The notes beneath the pieces were generated by a model, which worked only from the letters and a program-made list of their open reading frames with translations, was not told the DNA's origin and made no database searches. This document shows positions 47,349-57,695 of a DNA stretch of 64,000 nucleotides, piece by piece. How positions within the stretch are numbered: position 1 is the first letter of the stretch; every line of letters starts with the position of its first letter. Origin of the DNA: Candidatus Altimarinota bacterium (GTDB taxonomy: Bacteria; Patescibacteriota; Gracilibacteria; CAIRYL01); the NCBI GenBank assembly GCA_965250085.1, contig OZ252287.1:352001-416000 (forward strand), given 5' to 3'. The translations under genes were made by a program, and so were the position numbers.

Positions 47349-48674
47349 CTACTCTCCCCACAATCTTCCGATATCTCGAAAAGTAATAACAACAATGAAG
47401 ACAAGCAACAAAATAAACCCTATTGAGTGAATCGGCATTTCCCATTTGGCTGGAATGCGATGAGTGACTTTGAGATTTGGGAAGATTTTTTTGATCGGCC
47501 AAAGGCAAATAAAAAAGATGAGTTCTAAAAGCTGAAAAAAGAGTCTTCCTCCATCAAGCGCCGGAAAGGGCACGAGATTGATCACCGCAAGTGACAAAGA
47601 GAGCACTGCTGTGAATTGTAAAATCTTGGAGATATCACCCACTTCCACCAAAGTCTTGGTATTGTCCCAAATGGCCACCGGACCTCCCACTCCTTGCGGA
47701 ATCTCTGGTTTTTCAAATCGAAACATTCGTCCAAATGTGGAACGTACAATATCCGTCACCATTCCTACCGAGAGTCGAAGAAATCTGGAGCAGCTCCTCC
47801 ATGATTCTTTCACCGATTCCACAAAGGAAAGCTGAATGGGTTTGATCTCATAATAGTATTCAGGCGCAAGAATGACACCCAGAAAAAACTGACCATCTTC
47901 CTCTTCAGGCATAAGATCATAAAATTCAAGCCGCGCTTCATCTGTTTCGAAGTCAGTTCTCTGTACTGCATAACGAAGGCTTTCTCCTGATACACTTTCC
48001 TGCTGAATATCGCGGACATCGGCTGGGGATATAATATTCACTCCATCAATCTGCAAGATTTGATCTCCCGATGCAATCCCTGCTTCTCCGGCAGGAGACT
48101 CTGGATCCACAAGAAGGACATACGCTCCCCCTTCACCTTTATAATAGAATCCGTCTTCTACCCATTCCTGCAGATGTCCATCGGCAAAATAGGATGCAAA
48201 TTGTGGGTGAGCAGAAAGATTGGGATTGATAAGATCGGTAAATCCCATAAGTCCCACAGCGATAAACAGTGCGAATGCAAAGAGAATATTCATCGTTACT
48301 CCTGCAACAGTAATCGCCATTCGAGAAAGAAGTGGCTTATTGCAGAATGCTCGCGGATTGTTCGCGCATCTAGCAGTACTTTCTTCTCCTAACATCCGGA
48401 CAAATCCACCAAATGGAATCGCATTTACTGTCCATTCCATCGTGTCCGTCTCTTCTTTTATTTTTCCTTTTTGATCACGAAACTGGACCTGACGAGAAGT
48501 TTTTTTGCCAAATAATTTGGGAGGGAGTCCAAATCCAAATTCCTCTACTTTGGTTCCTGTGAGCCTTGCCACCCAAAAGTGTCCCAATTCATGCAAAATA
48601 ATAAGTGCTGAAAAAATCAGCAGGAATACGAGTGCCACGAGGAGGAAGTTACCAACAGTTCCTAAAATTTCCAT
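47349..48674 (-). CDS. rseP: RIP metalloprotease RseP (M50, PDZ)
   Basis: HELGH, IPFGGFV, PDZ segment, NLVPFPALDGG; follows pyrH-frr. Confidence 0.93.
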   Translation of the reverse strand: MEILGTVGNFLLVALVFLLIFSALIILHELGHFWVARLTGTKVEEFGFGLPPKLFGKKTSRQVQFRDQKGKIKEETDTMEWTVNAIPFGGFVRMLGEESTARCANNPRAFCNKPLLSRMAITVAGVTMNILFAFALFIAVGLMGFTDLINPNLSAHPQFASYFADGHLQEWVEDGFYYKGEGGAYVLLVDPESPAGEAGIASGDQILQIDGVNIISPADVRDIQQESVSGESLRYAVQRTDFETDEARLEFYDLMPEEEDGQFFLGVILAPEYYYEIKPIQLSFVESVKESWRSCSRFLRLSVGMVTDIVRSTFGRMFRFEKPEIPQGVGGPVAIWDNTKTLVEVGDISKILQFTAVLSLSLAVINLVPFPALDGGRLFFQLLELIFFICLWPIKKIFPNLKVTHRIPAKWEMPIHSIGFILLLVFIVVITFRDIGRLWGE

Positions 48675-48760
48675 AAAAAATAGAGTTACAAATTACGAAT
48701 TACAAATTACGAATGACGAATATAAGAATTTGTAATTGTTCATTCGTAATTCGTAATTGA

Positions 48761-49303
48761 TTACACCGTCATCACTTCAGTTTCCTTCTTTTTCATGTGT
48801 TCTTCTACACTTTTATTATATTCATCCACCTTATCCTGCAAATCTTTTTCCGCATGTTTTTCTTCATCTTCCGAAAGATCTTCACTTTTAATGGAACCTA
48901 TTGCGTCATGTCGCGCGTTACGAATAGCTATCTTTGCTTCTTCTGCTAGCTTATGTACTACTTTTACCGTTTCTTTTCGCCTTTCTTCAGTCATCGGTGG
49001 CAAGTTCATATAAATAGCATGACCATCGTTATTGGGCATAATACCGAGATTGGAGTCGTTGATGGCTTTTTCTACATTTGCGAGCAGTCCTGCATCCCAT
49101 GGAGTAATGGTAATGCTTCGTACATCAGGAATCGCAATCTGTGCCATATTTTTGATTGGTTGGAGTGTCCCATAAGCATCTACTTCTATCCCTTCCACAA
49201 GGCCTGCGGATGCACGCCCGATCTGTAGACCAGCGTATTCTTTGGAGAGATAGCTCAGCGCTTTTTCAAAGGCTTCTGTTGCGGTAGTAACGGCAGGATG
49301 CAT
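48761..49303 (-). CDS. frr: Ribosome recycling factor
   Basis: GRAS, VDAYG, PWD, PPMTEERRKE, IRNARHD. Confidence 0.97.
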   Translation of the reverse strand: MHPAVTTATEAFEKALSYLSKEYAGLQIGRASAGLVEGIEVDAYGTLQPIKNMAQIAIPDVRSITITPWDAGLLANVEKAINDSNLGIMPNNDGHAIYMNLPPMTEERRKETVKVVHKLAEEAKIAIRNARHDAIGSIKSEDLSEDEEKHAEKDLQDKVDEYNKSVEEHMKKKETEVMTV

Positions 49304-49421
49304 AGAAACAAGTTAAAAGTAGAAAGTTTATAAAGTAAAAAGGAAAAAATCCCATTACCGCAGGGGAGATTATAATGAAAAAATTCGTAATTTGTAATTC
49401 GTAATTGTAAATTGTTAATTG

Positions 49422-50123
49422 CTAATTGACGACCGTTCCTATTTCCTCTCCCCTGACCACTTTCACTATATTCCCTTTTTTGAACCGAAAAACCACAATA
49501 GGGATATTGTTTTCCGCACAAAGTGAAAAAGCATCTTGATCCATCACCTTTAGCTCTTTTTCTGTTGCCTCTGTATAAGTGAGAGTTTCAAATCTGGTCG
49601 CATTCGGATCTTCTTCTGGATCAGCACTATAGACTCCATCCACCTTCGTTGCCTTGAGAAGAGCATCACACTCAAGCTCTGATGCTCTCATAGCTGCTGC
49701 TGTATCAGTCGTCACATATGGAGCGCCCGTTCCTCCGCCCAGAAGTACTACATTCCCCTCCTGAAGTGATGTGAGCGCCTGAGTAATTTTATACTGCGTC
49801 ACTATTGATCCAATTCCAAATGCAGAAAAAGTATCTACAGGAATATCTGTATTTTTTAGGGTATCAGCAAGCACAAGAGCATTGAGGATTGTAGCCATCA
49901 TACCCGTATAATCAGATGCCTCCCGTGTCAGATCTGCATTTTTGAAATCTCGATAACGCCAAAAATTGCCTCCTCCCATCACTATTGCTATTGCTATTCC
50001 CATTGTATGAAGTTCAGCTATTTCATCTACCAGCTCATTTACTCGGTCAAAATTAATTCCTCTTCCATTTGCATGAGCAAATGCTTCACCAGATATCTTG
50101 AGGAGTATGCGTTTGTATTTCAT
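49422..50123 (-). CDS. pyrH: UMP kinase (start ATG 50123)
   Basis: RILLKISGEA, GGGNFWR, GMMATILN, TTDTAAAMRA, KATKVDGVYSADP. Confidence 0.96.
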   Translation of the reverse strand: MKYKRILLKISGEAFAHANGRGINFDRVNELVDEIAELHTMGIAIAIVMGGGNFWRYRDFKNADLTREASDYTGMMATILNALVLADTLKNTDIPVDTFSAFGIGSIVTQYKITQALTSLQEGNVVLLGGGTGAPYVTTDTAAAMRASELECDALLKATKVDGVYSADPEEDPNATRFETLTYTEATEKELKVMDQDAFSLCAENNIPIVVFRFKKGNIVKVVRGEEIGTVVN

Positions 50124-50475
50124 ATAAAAGGAGGAACTTCTGGCACATTGTAGCATATAGAGAACTGTCTTTTTGTGGAAGGCATGAAGAAAATTTACGC
50201 AGCTTCTTCTCTAACAACTCAGAGTGTTCTTGAAGCAGTATTTCGTATCTCTCCCACGACTCCTCCAGGAGTTCCTTCTTGCCTCGCATGATGCTCTTTT
50301 CCTCCAGTATTTTCTGGTATTTTTGGTGACCTCACCATAGTTTCTGTGTCATAAGAAGGAATAAAATCGAGAAAGTATCTTAGACACTCAATTTTCAGGT
50401 ATCAAGAAAGTTTCACTATAATATTTTTATGGTGCCTGGAGAACTGATTCTGATGACTTTTATCTGCCTGAATTT

Positions 50476-50994
50476 TTATGCCACCTCTTTCAATTCTTCA
50501 AGGAACATATCCAAAAAGCTCTTTAGGATTGAAAGCTTTTTCTTTAAACATTCACACTCTTCCTCTTTTGCCCTGATATTATCCATTAAGAATACTCTTC
50601 CGGTTCCAATCGGAAGCGATTCTTCTGGAGAAATTATTAATGACTTGGCGAAACTATGATTTTTAAGTGCCTGCCTGGTTTTTGTTATTTGGTATTCAGG
50701 TACTTCTCCAAGTGTTTTTAAATATTCTTTTTTTGTTTCTATGCTTTTTGAGAGAAAAGAAATCTTTCTTTCTGTTTGATCTTGCATGGTTGAGAATTTT
50801 TTCAAAACGACCTCTCTCATCTTGGGAGCACTCTGCATTCTTTGATGTAAATCAGATTCCATTCCTTTTGTTTCTGCTCCTTCACAAGATGCTGTTACCA
50901 GTTGCATTACTTGTATTTCTATGGGCTTGGAACTCATCTCAAGGTACACATTCTCAAGTGATCGATTCTCTGGTTTTTGCTGTGGTCTATTCAT
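50476..50994 (-). CDS. Hypothetical protein
   Basis: 172 aa ORF; TGTGGTATAAT extended -10 upstream. Confidence 0.65.
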   Translation of the reverse strand: MNRPQQKPENRSLENVYLEMSSKPIEIQVMQLVTASCEGAETKGMESDLHQRMQSAPKMREVVLKKFSTMQDQTERKISFLSKSIETKKEYLKTLGEVPEYQITKTRQALKNHSFAKSLIISPEESLPIGTGRVFLMDNIRAKEEECECLKKKLSILKSFLDMFLEELKEVA

Positions 50995-51085
50995 AATATT
51001 TAATAATTAAACATTTTTTCTCAGGAAGAAAATTATACCACATTTAAAAATATTTCCAAAAAAAATTTGGGATTTTGCTCATAGC

Positions 51086-51113
51086 AAAAAAGGGCGACCA
51101 TGACTGGTCGCCC
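51086..51113 (-). terminator. Rho-independent terminator after the SLH/beta-propeller gene
   Basis: GGGCGACCA-4 nt loop-TGGTCGCCC followed by T6 on the minus strand. Confidence 0.85.
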
Positions 51114-51144
51114 ACCCTGAATTCTTGATTATTACTTCTCTAAT

Positions 51145-53835
51145 TTATTTTTCTTCACATCTGGAAAACACGCTCCCTACGTCACTACAAATCATCTCTT
51201 CATTGTCTTCATAGCATTCAGTAATATTTTCTTCTATCGCTCGGCAGTGGCTATACGAACGGCATTCATATTCATTCCAGACCTCGTTACATTGTTTTTG
51301 ATCCAGGGTAATCCTGTTGGCCTTGGAGACATCCTCATAATTCCACGCAGTGATCACATTGGGTGAGATGGAATAAAAATAGTCACCAATATAGATCATG
51401 CGCTGAATATTCAGATCGTGATTATAAAACCACTCCTGATAGAGCTCCTCATCTTCTGGCGTAGGATTTGCCACATCGTCGTAATGAGTCGCTTTTCCCC
51501 GGAGTTCAAAACCATCACTCAAACTAATGTCGTAGACATATGCTCCTTGAAAAACTGGTTCACCATACGTTTCCGGAGGAGTAGATGATGTTTTGTTTGG
51601 TACTTCATGCACCGTAACAGGAAATGCAAGGAGGTTTTTTTCTGCGTCAAAGAGGAGCGCTTTGTGATTGTAGAGCACCTCACTATTGGTGCCTCTGTCT
51701 CCAATCAGCTCCGTATGCAATTGCTTTGGATTTTCGACGTCTGAGACATCAAAGATGGCAAGCTTCATCCCTTGATACCACGCAAAATCTGGTCTCCAGG
51801 CATTCAAATCTTCTGGATCTGGCTCGGCCGCATCTTTTCCGAAGCCAATGATATGATTTTCATCATATGGATGGAGATATTCACTAAATCCGGGAATTTT
51901 GAGCTCTCCCAATACTTCAGGATTCTTGGGATCACTCAGGTCTATTACAAACAGGGGGTCCACTTTTTTGAAAGTTACCAAGTATCCTCTGTCTCCCACG
52001 AATCGCGCGGAGTACATCTGCTCACCAGGAGCCAGTCCTTCCAGCCTTCCTTCCAAATCCATATCGGCATCAAACGTATAGACATTACTGGTAGATTTTA
52101 CATCTCCCCAGAGGTTTCCCCTTTGAGTGGCGATGCGAAAATAATTATCATGCTCACTCATTGCAAATTGATTGATGGCCCGACCGGGAGCTTTGCCCTT
52201 GGCAACAAAGTCTATATCAGTTCCATCCAGTGAAAATTTAAAAACCTCAGTAAATTCTTCATTTCTCCAGCCGCTGTCATCCCCTCGTTCAAAAAAGATT
52301 TCATCATACTGATTTCGAGTGACATAGAGGTTGTCCTGAGATGCGTATACCTGCTGTCCGGACCCTAAAAGCATTTCCCGCTCTACCCTTTGAGAAGTAT
52401 CACGCGTATCAATTGCTGCAAGGATCATATAGTTGGGATCTCGAAAGTTCGGGAAGTATCGCACTTGATCACAAGAGGCGATGTAGAGCTCTTCTTCATA
52501 AGCAGAATCCTTGAATACTGGCATATCTACATCCCCCAGCAGTGGTATGGGTTCTGGCCAGCCATAGTAGTTGGCATATTTGTTGGCAACCGTGTACACC
52601 ACATCTCCAATCTTTCGGGAGCTGACATAGCTTCCATCAAAAGAAACACTTCTGATTTTTTCTGGCTGAGAAGCATCTGAAACATCAAAAGAAATCACCT
52701 TGAGTGCATTTTGTTGAGGATAATAGTCCGGAGCAATGAGAGACACTTCTGTTGTCTCTGCAGTAGCCGTCGTATTGCGAAGCGCATAAAAGTCTCCAGC
52801 TCCATTTCCAATCACCGTCAGCACGTCGTCATCTAAGTACAGCTCTCGAGGGTAAAACTTTCCTTCGTCCAGAGTAATAGTGGCTACTTGCTCCAAGTTG
52901 TCAGGTGTGTACGCACGGACGATACGCACAGTGTTGCCTTTTACCATATAGATATGCGATCCGTTGTTTTTGATAATATCCGCCTCATCGACACCAAATT
53001 CCTGAATATTTGTGCTGGAAAAATCGTCTGCGCTCCCGCCTCCGAGTCCGGCGGATGAGCTCTTTTGAAATGAAGTTTCTTCAGCGCTACTATCAGCAGA
53101 CTCTGCGAAGGAAATACTCGGGAGTGCTCTGATTCCTCCGCCTTCAATAAATCCGCGAGAGTTTTCATACCCGATTCGCTTCCTATATTTCTGAAACTGT
53201 GTAGTGAGTTCTGCACAGGTCGCTACTTCCGGTACATCTCCCAAATCTTCATTTTCCACTTCATTCCCAGTTTTGATACCCCAAATAATCTCAGACATAT
53301 CGCCTCGGGTAATGTTTTTGTCATTTCGATCAACCGTACCTGGGATCACTCGCTCTTTATGAAGAGCATCTACATATTCACGATACCATTCATCCCCTTC
53401 CTGCTGATCAGCATCCAATTCTTCTATTCGAGCAATAATTTTACTGGCTTCTGCAAAGTTGACGAGTGTATGAGGTCTAAAATCCCCATCCGGATATCCG
53501 TCTACAATTCCGCTTTTAAGCGCTGTGCATACGACGTCATAAAACCATTCTCCTTTCGCCACATCTGGAAAATCTTTTGGTGCACCAGAGCACTCGGCTT
53601 CGGTCATGTCTGAAGCTTCAAGTGCTATTTTGAGAAATTCTACCCGAGTGATCTGTTGTTCGGGGCGAAATGTGCCATCTTGATACCCTTCGACAACCTC
53701 TTCTCCTTTGAGGAATCTCACGGCATCTGATGAGCGCGTTCCAGAAACATCTGGAAAATTCTGATCTGTCTCCTCAGAAAAAGCAGAAAATGGAAGCAAT
53801 AAAAATGCGAGAACGCATATGGCAAGTCGTTTCAT
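51145..53835 (-). CDS. Secreted protein with SLH domains, a beta-propeller domain and a Cys-rich tail
   Basis: Signal peptide; FPDV..GYQDGTFRPEQQITRVE SLH repeats; STNIQEFGVDEADIIK, NQFAMSE, LVTFKKVDPLFVIDL, GELKIPGFSEYLHP. Confidence 0.9.
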   Translation of the reverse strand: MKRLAICVLAFLLLPFSAFSEETDQNFPDVSGTRSSDAVRFLKGEEVVEGYQDGTFRPEQQITRVEFLKIALEASDMTEAECSGAPKDFPDVAKGEWFYDVVCTALKSGIVDGYPDGDFRPHTLVNFAEASKIIARIEELDADQQEGDEWYREYVDALHKERVIPGTVDRNDKNITRGDMSEIIWGIKTGNEVENEDLGDVPEVATCAELTTQFQKYRKRIGYENSRGFIEGGGIRALPSISFAESADSSAEETSFQKSSSAGLGGGSADDFSSTNIQEFGVDEADIIKNNGSHIYMVKGNTVRIVRAYTPDNLEQVATITLDEGKFYPRELYLDDDVLTVIGNGAGDFYALRNTTATAETTEVSLIAPDYYPQQNALKVISFDVSDASQPEKIRSVSFDGSYVSSRKIGDVVYTVANKYANYYGWPEPIPLLGDVDMPVFKDSAYEEELYIASCDQVRYFPNFRDPNYMILAAIDTRDTSQRVEREMLLGSGQQVYASQDNLYVTRNQYDEIFFERGDDSGWRNEEFTEVFKFSLDGTDIDFVAKGKAPGRAINQFAMSEHDNYFRIATQRGNLWGDVKSTSNVYTFDADMDLEGRLEGLAPGEQMYSARFVGDRGYLVTFKKVDPLFVIDLSDPKNPEVLGELKIPGFSEYLHPYDENHIIGFGKDAAEPDPEDLNAWRPDFAWYQGMKLAIFDVSDVENPKQLHTELIGDRGTNSEVLYNHKALLFDAEKNLLAFPVTVHEVPNKTSSTPPETYGEPVFQGAYVYDISLSDGFELRGKATHYDDVANPTPEDEELYQEWFYNHDLNIQRMIYIGDYFYSISPNVITAWNYEDVSKANRITLDQKQCNEVWNEYECRSYSHCRAIEENITECYEDNEEMICSDVGSVFSRCEEK

Positions 53836-53947
53836 ATGAATAAGGAGTTAAAAAATCGGTAAAAGTATATCAAACTGAAAATGTGATATGTATGTCTAAT
53901 GATATATACGAAGAAAAAAAGGAAGTGTGACAGTTTTTATGAATATG

Positions 53948-54220
53948 CTATTTCTTTTTTTTAAGTTCTTTTTCGAGTTCTTCTGCAAGTTCGTTGAGAT
54001 CACTGAGCACCATGTTCAGCTCGTCTTCAGTAAATCCATGGCCCAAAATCCCTTGTTCCAGAGTTTCAAATTCTGCTACACCGCAACGAAAGCATCCTAT
54101 TCCAAAGTCCATCAAGATTTCATCTGCCCCAGGATACTTCCGCACTACTTCGGCAATGATATTTTCACCAGAGACAAAGGAGAACTTTGTTTTTGTTTCT
54201 GTTTGAGTTTTTTTTGCCAT
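53948..54220 (-). CDS. DUF1858-domain protein
   Basis: IAEVVRKYP..LMDFGIGCFRC...ETLEQG..HG. Confidence 0.85.
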   Translation of the reverse strand: MAKKTQTETKTKFSFVSGENIIAEVVRKYPGADEILMDFGIGCFRCGVAEFETLEQGILGHGFTEDELNMVLSDLNELAEELEKELKKKK

Positions 54221-54293
54221 AGGAATAGAAAAAAATAGCAGACAAATCGGTATACAATGTACAATGTGTGATATAAAAGTTCCACATTCATTT

Positions 54294-55028
54294 ATGAGTT
54301 CAGGAGAAAGCGAAAATCGGATTCGACTGCAGAAGTATCTTGCCGATCAGGGTATTGCTTCTCGCAGAACAGCAGAAAAGCTTATTGCCGAGGGTGCAGT
54401 ACAGGTAAACGGAAAATTGATTACGGAAATGGGAGTTAAAATTGATCCCAACAAAGACTCTGTAGAAGTTTCTGGAGATCTGCTCAAACAAAAGAAGGAT
54501 GAACTCATCTATATTATGCTCCATAAGCCAAAAGGATATGTGACCACTACTCATCGCACCAAGGTGGAAAATAAGATTGTAATGGATCTTCTTCCGAAAG
54601 ACCTCCCTCGTGTGTTTCCTGTGGGACGACTGGACAAGGACAGTACAGGGCTTTTACTCCTCACCAATGATGGAGATCTTGCCTACAGGCTCACTCACCC
54701 AAAATTTGAACACGAAAAAGAATATCTCGTGGAGGCAATGAATGACTTGAGTGGAGAGCAAGTGGAAAAACTTAAAAAAGGGCTCCCACTTTTTGGAAAA
54801 AAAACAAAGCCTCCAAAAATAAAAATGCTCTCTACAAGAAAGTTTCTCATCACTCTTACTGAAGGAAAAAATCGCCAAATACGCAGACTTCTAAGGAAAA
54901 TCGGAACTGGTGTAAAAAGTTTGAAACGGGTAAGGATTGAAGACGTGCGGCTCGATTCTAAAATGCAGTCTGGAGAATGGAAATTTCTTTCTTTGGAAGA
55001 AGTCAAACAACACCTTCTCTCTTTATAA
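54294..55028 (+). CDS. rRNA pseudouridine synthase, RsuA/RluB family (start probably 54294)
   Basis: RLQKYLA..G.ASRR S4 domain, HKPKG, VGRLDKDSTGLLLLTNDG, EGKNRQIRR. Confidence 0.95.
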   Translation: MSSGESENRIRLQKYLADQGIASRRTAEKLIAEGAVQVNGKLITEMGVKIDPNKDSVEVSGDLLKQKKDELIYIMLHKPKGYVTTTHRTKVENKIVMDLLPKDLPRVFPVGRLDKDSTGLLLLTNDGDLAYRLTHPKFEHEKEYLVEAMNDLSGEQVEKLKKGLPLFGKKTKPPKIKMLSTRKFLITLTEGKNRQIRRLLRKIGTGVKSLKRVRIEDVRLDSKMQSGEWKFLSLEEVKQHLLSL

Positions 55029-55078
55029 CTCGCATTTTTTAGAACACTCTGCAAAAATAAAATAAGAAATAGTTTTGT

Positions 55079-56113
55079 ATGCCTGAATTTTTTCAAACCA
55101 CTGGGGGAAACATTATCACTCTTCTTGCAGGATTTTATGCACTGCTCAAAGGAGCTGATTATTTGGTACGTGGTGCGGGATCTCTGGCACGACGATGGGG
55201 TGTCTCTTCATTAGTAATTGGTCTGACTATTGTGGCATTTGGCACTTCGGCACCAGAATTTTTTGTGAATGTGGCATCTTCCATTAAGGGAACAAATGGT
55301 ATAACCATCGGCAATATTATCGGCTCCAATCTTGCCAATACTCTTCTGGGTATTGGTATTATTGCTATTATCAGACCGCTGATCATTCAAAAAAATACCG
55401 CCTGGAAAGAGATCCCATTTCTTATCTTGGCAACTTTTATTTTTTGGGTGAGCGTCAGTGACCATATCCTGGATCCAAACAGTAGCCCTCTTCTTTCCCG
55501 AAGTGAGTCTGTGGTTTTTCTCTCCTTCTTCATTTTGTTCATGACATATATCTGGGAGATCGCAAAGCTTGGTGGGGAAAAGGGCGAAAAAATAGACAGG
55601 TTTTCTCTGGGAAGATCATTTTTTCTTTTTGTTTTGGGACTCATAGGTCTTGCTCTGGGGGGAGAACTCGTCGTTTCATCATCAGTCAGTATGGCGAGCA
55701 GATTTGGACTTTCAGAAACGTTGATTGGTGTCACTATTGTAGCTCTGGGAACGAGCATTCCCGATATTGTCACCACCATTGTGGCAGTGCTCAGAAAAAA
55801 TACTGGACTCGCGGTAGGAAATATCATTGGATCAAATATCTTCAATATCCTCTGGGTACTCGGTGTTTCTGTTTTTATCCGTCCGATTTCTGTCTCTGCC
55901 GATATTCAGTTTGATATGATGTTTCTCCTCGCATCCGTGATGCTGTTTTTTATACTACAACTCACACATTTCAAAGAAATCTATCAAAAAAAATCATTTC
56001 TGGAAGTCTTTTCTCCAACCGTAAAAGGAAAATATATTATTGATCGATCTGAAGGCATTATTTTTGTTCTCGTGTACATAACATATATAATCCTTGTTAT
56101 TGTAAAACAATGA
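55079..56113 (+). CDS. Ca2+/Na+ antiporter (YrbG-like)
   Basis: Two alpha-repeats: GLTIVAFGTSAPE / GVTIVALGTSIPD, each with GNIIGSN. Confidence 0.93.
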   Translation: MPEFFQTTGGNIITLLAGFYALLKGADYLVRGAGSLARRWGVSSLVIGLTIVAFGTSAPEFFVNVASSIKGTNGITIGNIIGSNLANTLLGIGIIAIIRPLIIQKNTAWKEIPFLILATFIFWVSVSDHILDPNSSPLLSRSESVVFLSFFILFMTYIWEIAKLGGEKGEKIDRFSLGRSFFLFVLGLIGLALGGELVVSSSVSMASRFGLSETLIGVTIVALGTSIPDIVTTIVAVLRKNTGLAVGNIIGSNIFNILWVLGVSVFIRPISVSADIQFDMMFLLASVMLFFILQLTHFKEIYQKKSFLEVFSPTVKGKYIIDRSEGIIFVLVYITYIILVIVKQ

Positions 56114-56123
56114 TCAACTCCTA

Positions 56124-56720
56124 ATGACCAAAGATGATTCTCTTAATGGCCCGGACACACAAGAAAAGGAAGTAGTAAAAGAAATGCTTTCTCATGATTT
56201 GGAGTACAAAGCGGTGATCCTGCGCGTTCCTGATTCAGAGCAATTTGAAGTGGATGTCTATCGGTGGAAAGAGGAAAAAGAGAATAACTCACTGGAAACT
56301 ATTGTTTGGAAACGCGCTGCCGGACCTTTTGTTGTAGATGATCAGAAACAAGCAGAAAGTGTGGCTTCAGAAAACTTGCATTTGCTCTCTGGAGAAGTAA
56401 TTGATGTTAGCGTCGATGAAAAAATGCAACTTTGGCTCCGGGAATACTCTGATGATTATGCTGCCGAATTTTTGAGTCCCAGCGGTTTTACTGCAAGAAC
56501 AGTGGTGAAAGAAACCGTTGAAGATACTGAGTATAAAGATCTCAAAATCACAAAGGTCGTAGTGGTGCATGATCTGTATGTGGTGCAGGTGGAGGATACA
56601 AACTGGATGAATGGGATTTCCGAAGGAGGCAATCTTCTCACCTGTTGGGGAAATTTTGATTCGCTTGCATCAGCACTTGATGAGATCAAACAGAGTTTTT
56701 TGGAAGAAGATAAAGAATAA
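56124..56720 (+). CDS. Hypothetical acidic protein
   Basis: 198 aa ORF co-oriented with the upstream genes. Confidence 0.7.
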   Translation: MTKDDSLNGPDTQEKEVVKEMLSHDLEYKAVILRVPDSEQFEVDVYRWKEEKENNSLETIVWKRAAGPFVVDDQKQAESVASENLHLLSGEVIDVSVDEKMQLWLREYSDDYAAEFLSPSGFTARTVVKETVEDTEYKDLKITKVVVVHDLYVVQVEDTNWMNGISEGGNLLTCWGNFDSLASALDEIKQSFLEEDKE

Positions 56721-56778
56721 AGGCTATATTTAGGTTTTTTTTTATTTGTAGAAGTAAACTTTACTTTGGGATAATTAT

Positions 56779-56807
56779 TTGCAAAAACATAAAAATACTG
56801 ATGTAAT
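56779..56807 (+). promoter_or_regulatory. Sigma70-like promoter of orphan 56832
   Basis: TTGCAA-17 nt-TGTAAT. Confidence 0.45.
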
Positions 56808-56831
56808 GTGAATGTCCGTTAATAACCTTAT

Positions 56832-57365
56832 ATGAAAAAACTCCACAGAGGAATTTTGGGACGTGAACGGTTCAAGCCTGAGCCTGGGGAAGCCCTTTCA
56901 AGGGATTGTTTTGCTGATGGACTACCTCTTCGAAATCTTATTACAAGTATCTTGAGAATGGATAGAGAACTTGATACATCTGATTTTTCGATGGATGAAG
57001 TGCTTCAATCTTTAGAAAATGGGATGGGTAGTGATGATGAATTTGCAACCTCGTCATGGCAAAGAATGCTTACGAAAGTACAAAAAATTCATAGTGGATC
57101 CCCAGAAGAAGCTCTGGAATTTGTACTGGCTCATGAAAAAATCGCAGAAGATTGTGCTGTGTCTATTGGTAAATTTAGAGGAGCGGGAGCTCCTGCTCCA
57201 ATTGGCTATGCTTGTTCTCCTCCAAGACCCTCGGAAGAAGTGATCCCTGTTCTAGAATCGCTCGTAAAAATCGGTCGACTTCAGCGCATTATACGCATCC
57301 CGTTAAAAAACCTTCTTGACCTTAGGCTTTTTTGGACACACGCGGTTCAATATGAAGCCCTTTAA
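56832..57365 (+). CDS. Hypothetical protein
   Basis: 177 aa ORF. Confidence 0.65.
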   Translation: MKKLHRGILGRERFKPEPGEALSRDCFADGLPLRNLITSILRMDRELDTSDFSMDEVLQSLENGMGSDDEFATSSWQRMLTKVQKIHSGSPEEALEFVLAHEKIAEDCAVSIGKFRGAGAPAPIGYACSPPRPSEEVIPVLESLVKIGRLQRIIRIPLKNLLDLRLFWTHAVQYEAL

Positions 57366-57653
57366 AAGACTCATTTTTTATCATAAGAATTAAAGCTGAA
57401 TTCAAATTGAATGGAGTTTTTTTTTGGATGCAAGAGTATTGAATAAATAAATTATTCATGTATATATTATTTATTCATTAATAACACCTTTCACAGGGAT
57501 TCTTCAAGTATTTTTTCTGTTGGTTCAGATTTGCAATCTGAATCCTTACGTTTCAATTGCATCTAACTTCGAAAGACCATAAAAATCTGTAGAAAATAAA
57601 TCCCCCTAACCCCCTTTTTCAAAGGGGGGATAAAGACACCATCTTAGCGACAA

Positions 57654-57675
57654 GGCGTATGCAATACGCCCCTAC
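57654..57675 (-). repeat. GTAG-family REP
   Basis: GTAGGGGCGTATTGCATACGCC on the minus strand. Confidence 0.75.
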
Positions 57676-57695
57676 TACTGACAACTGACCGCTTA

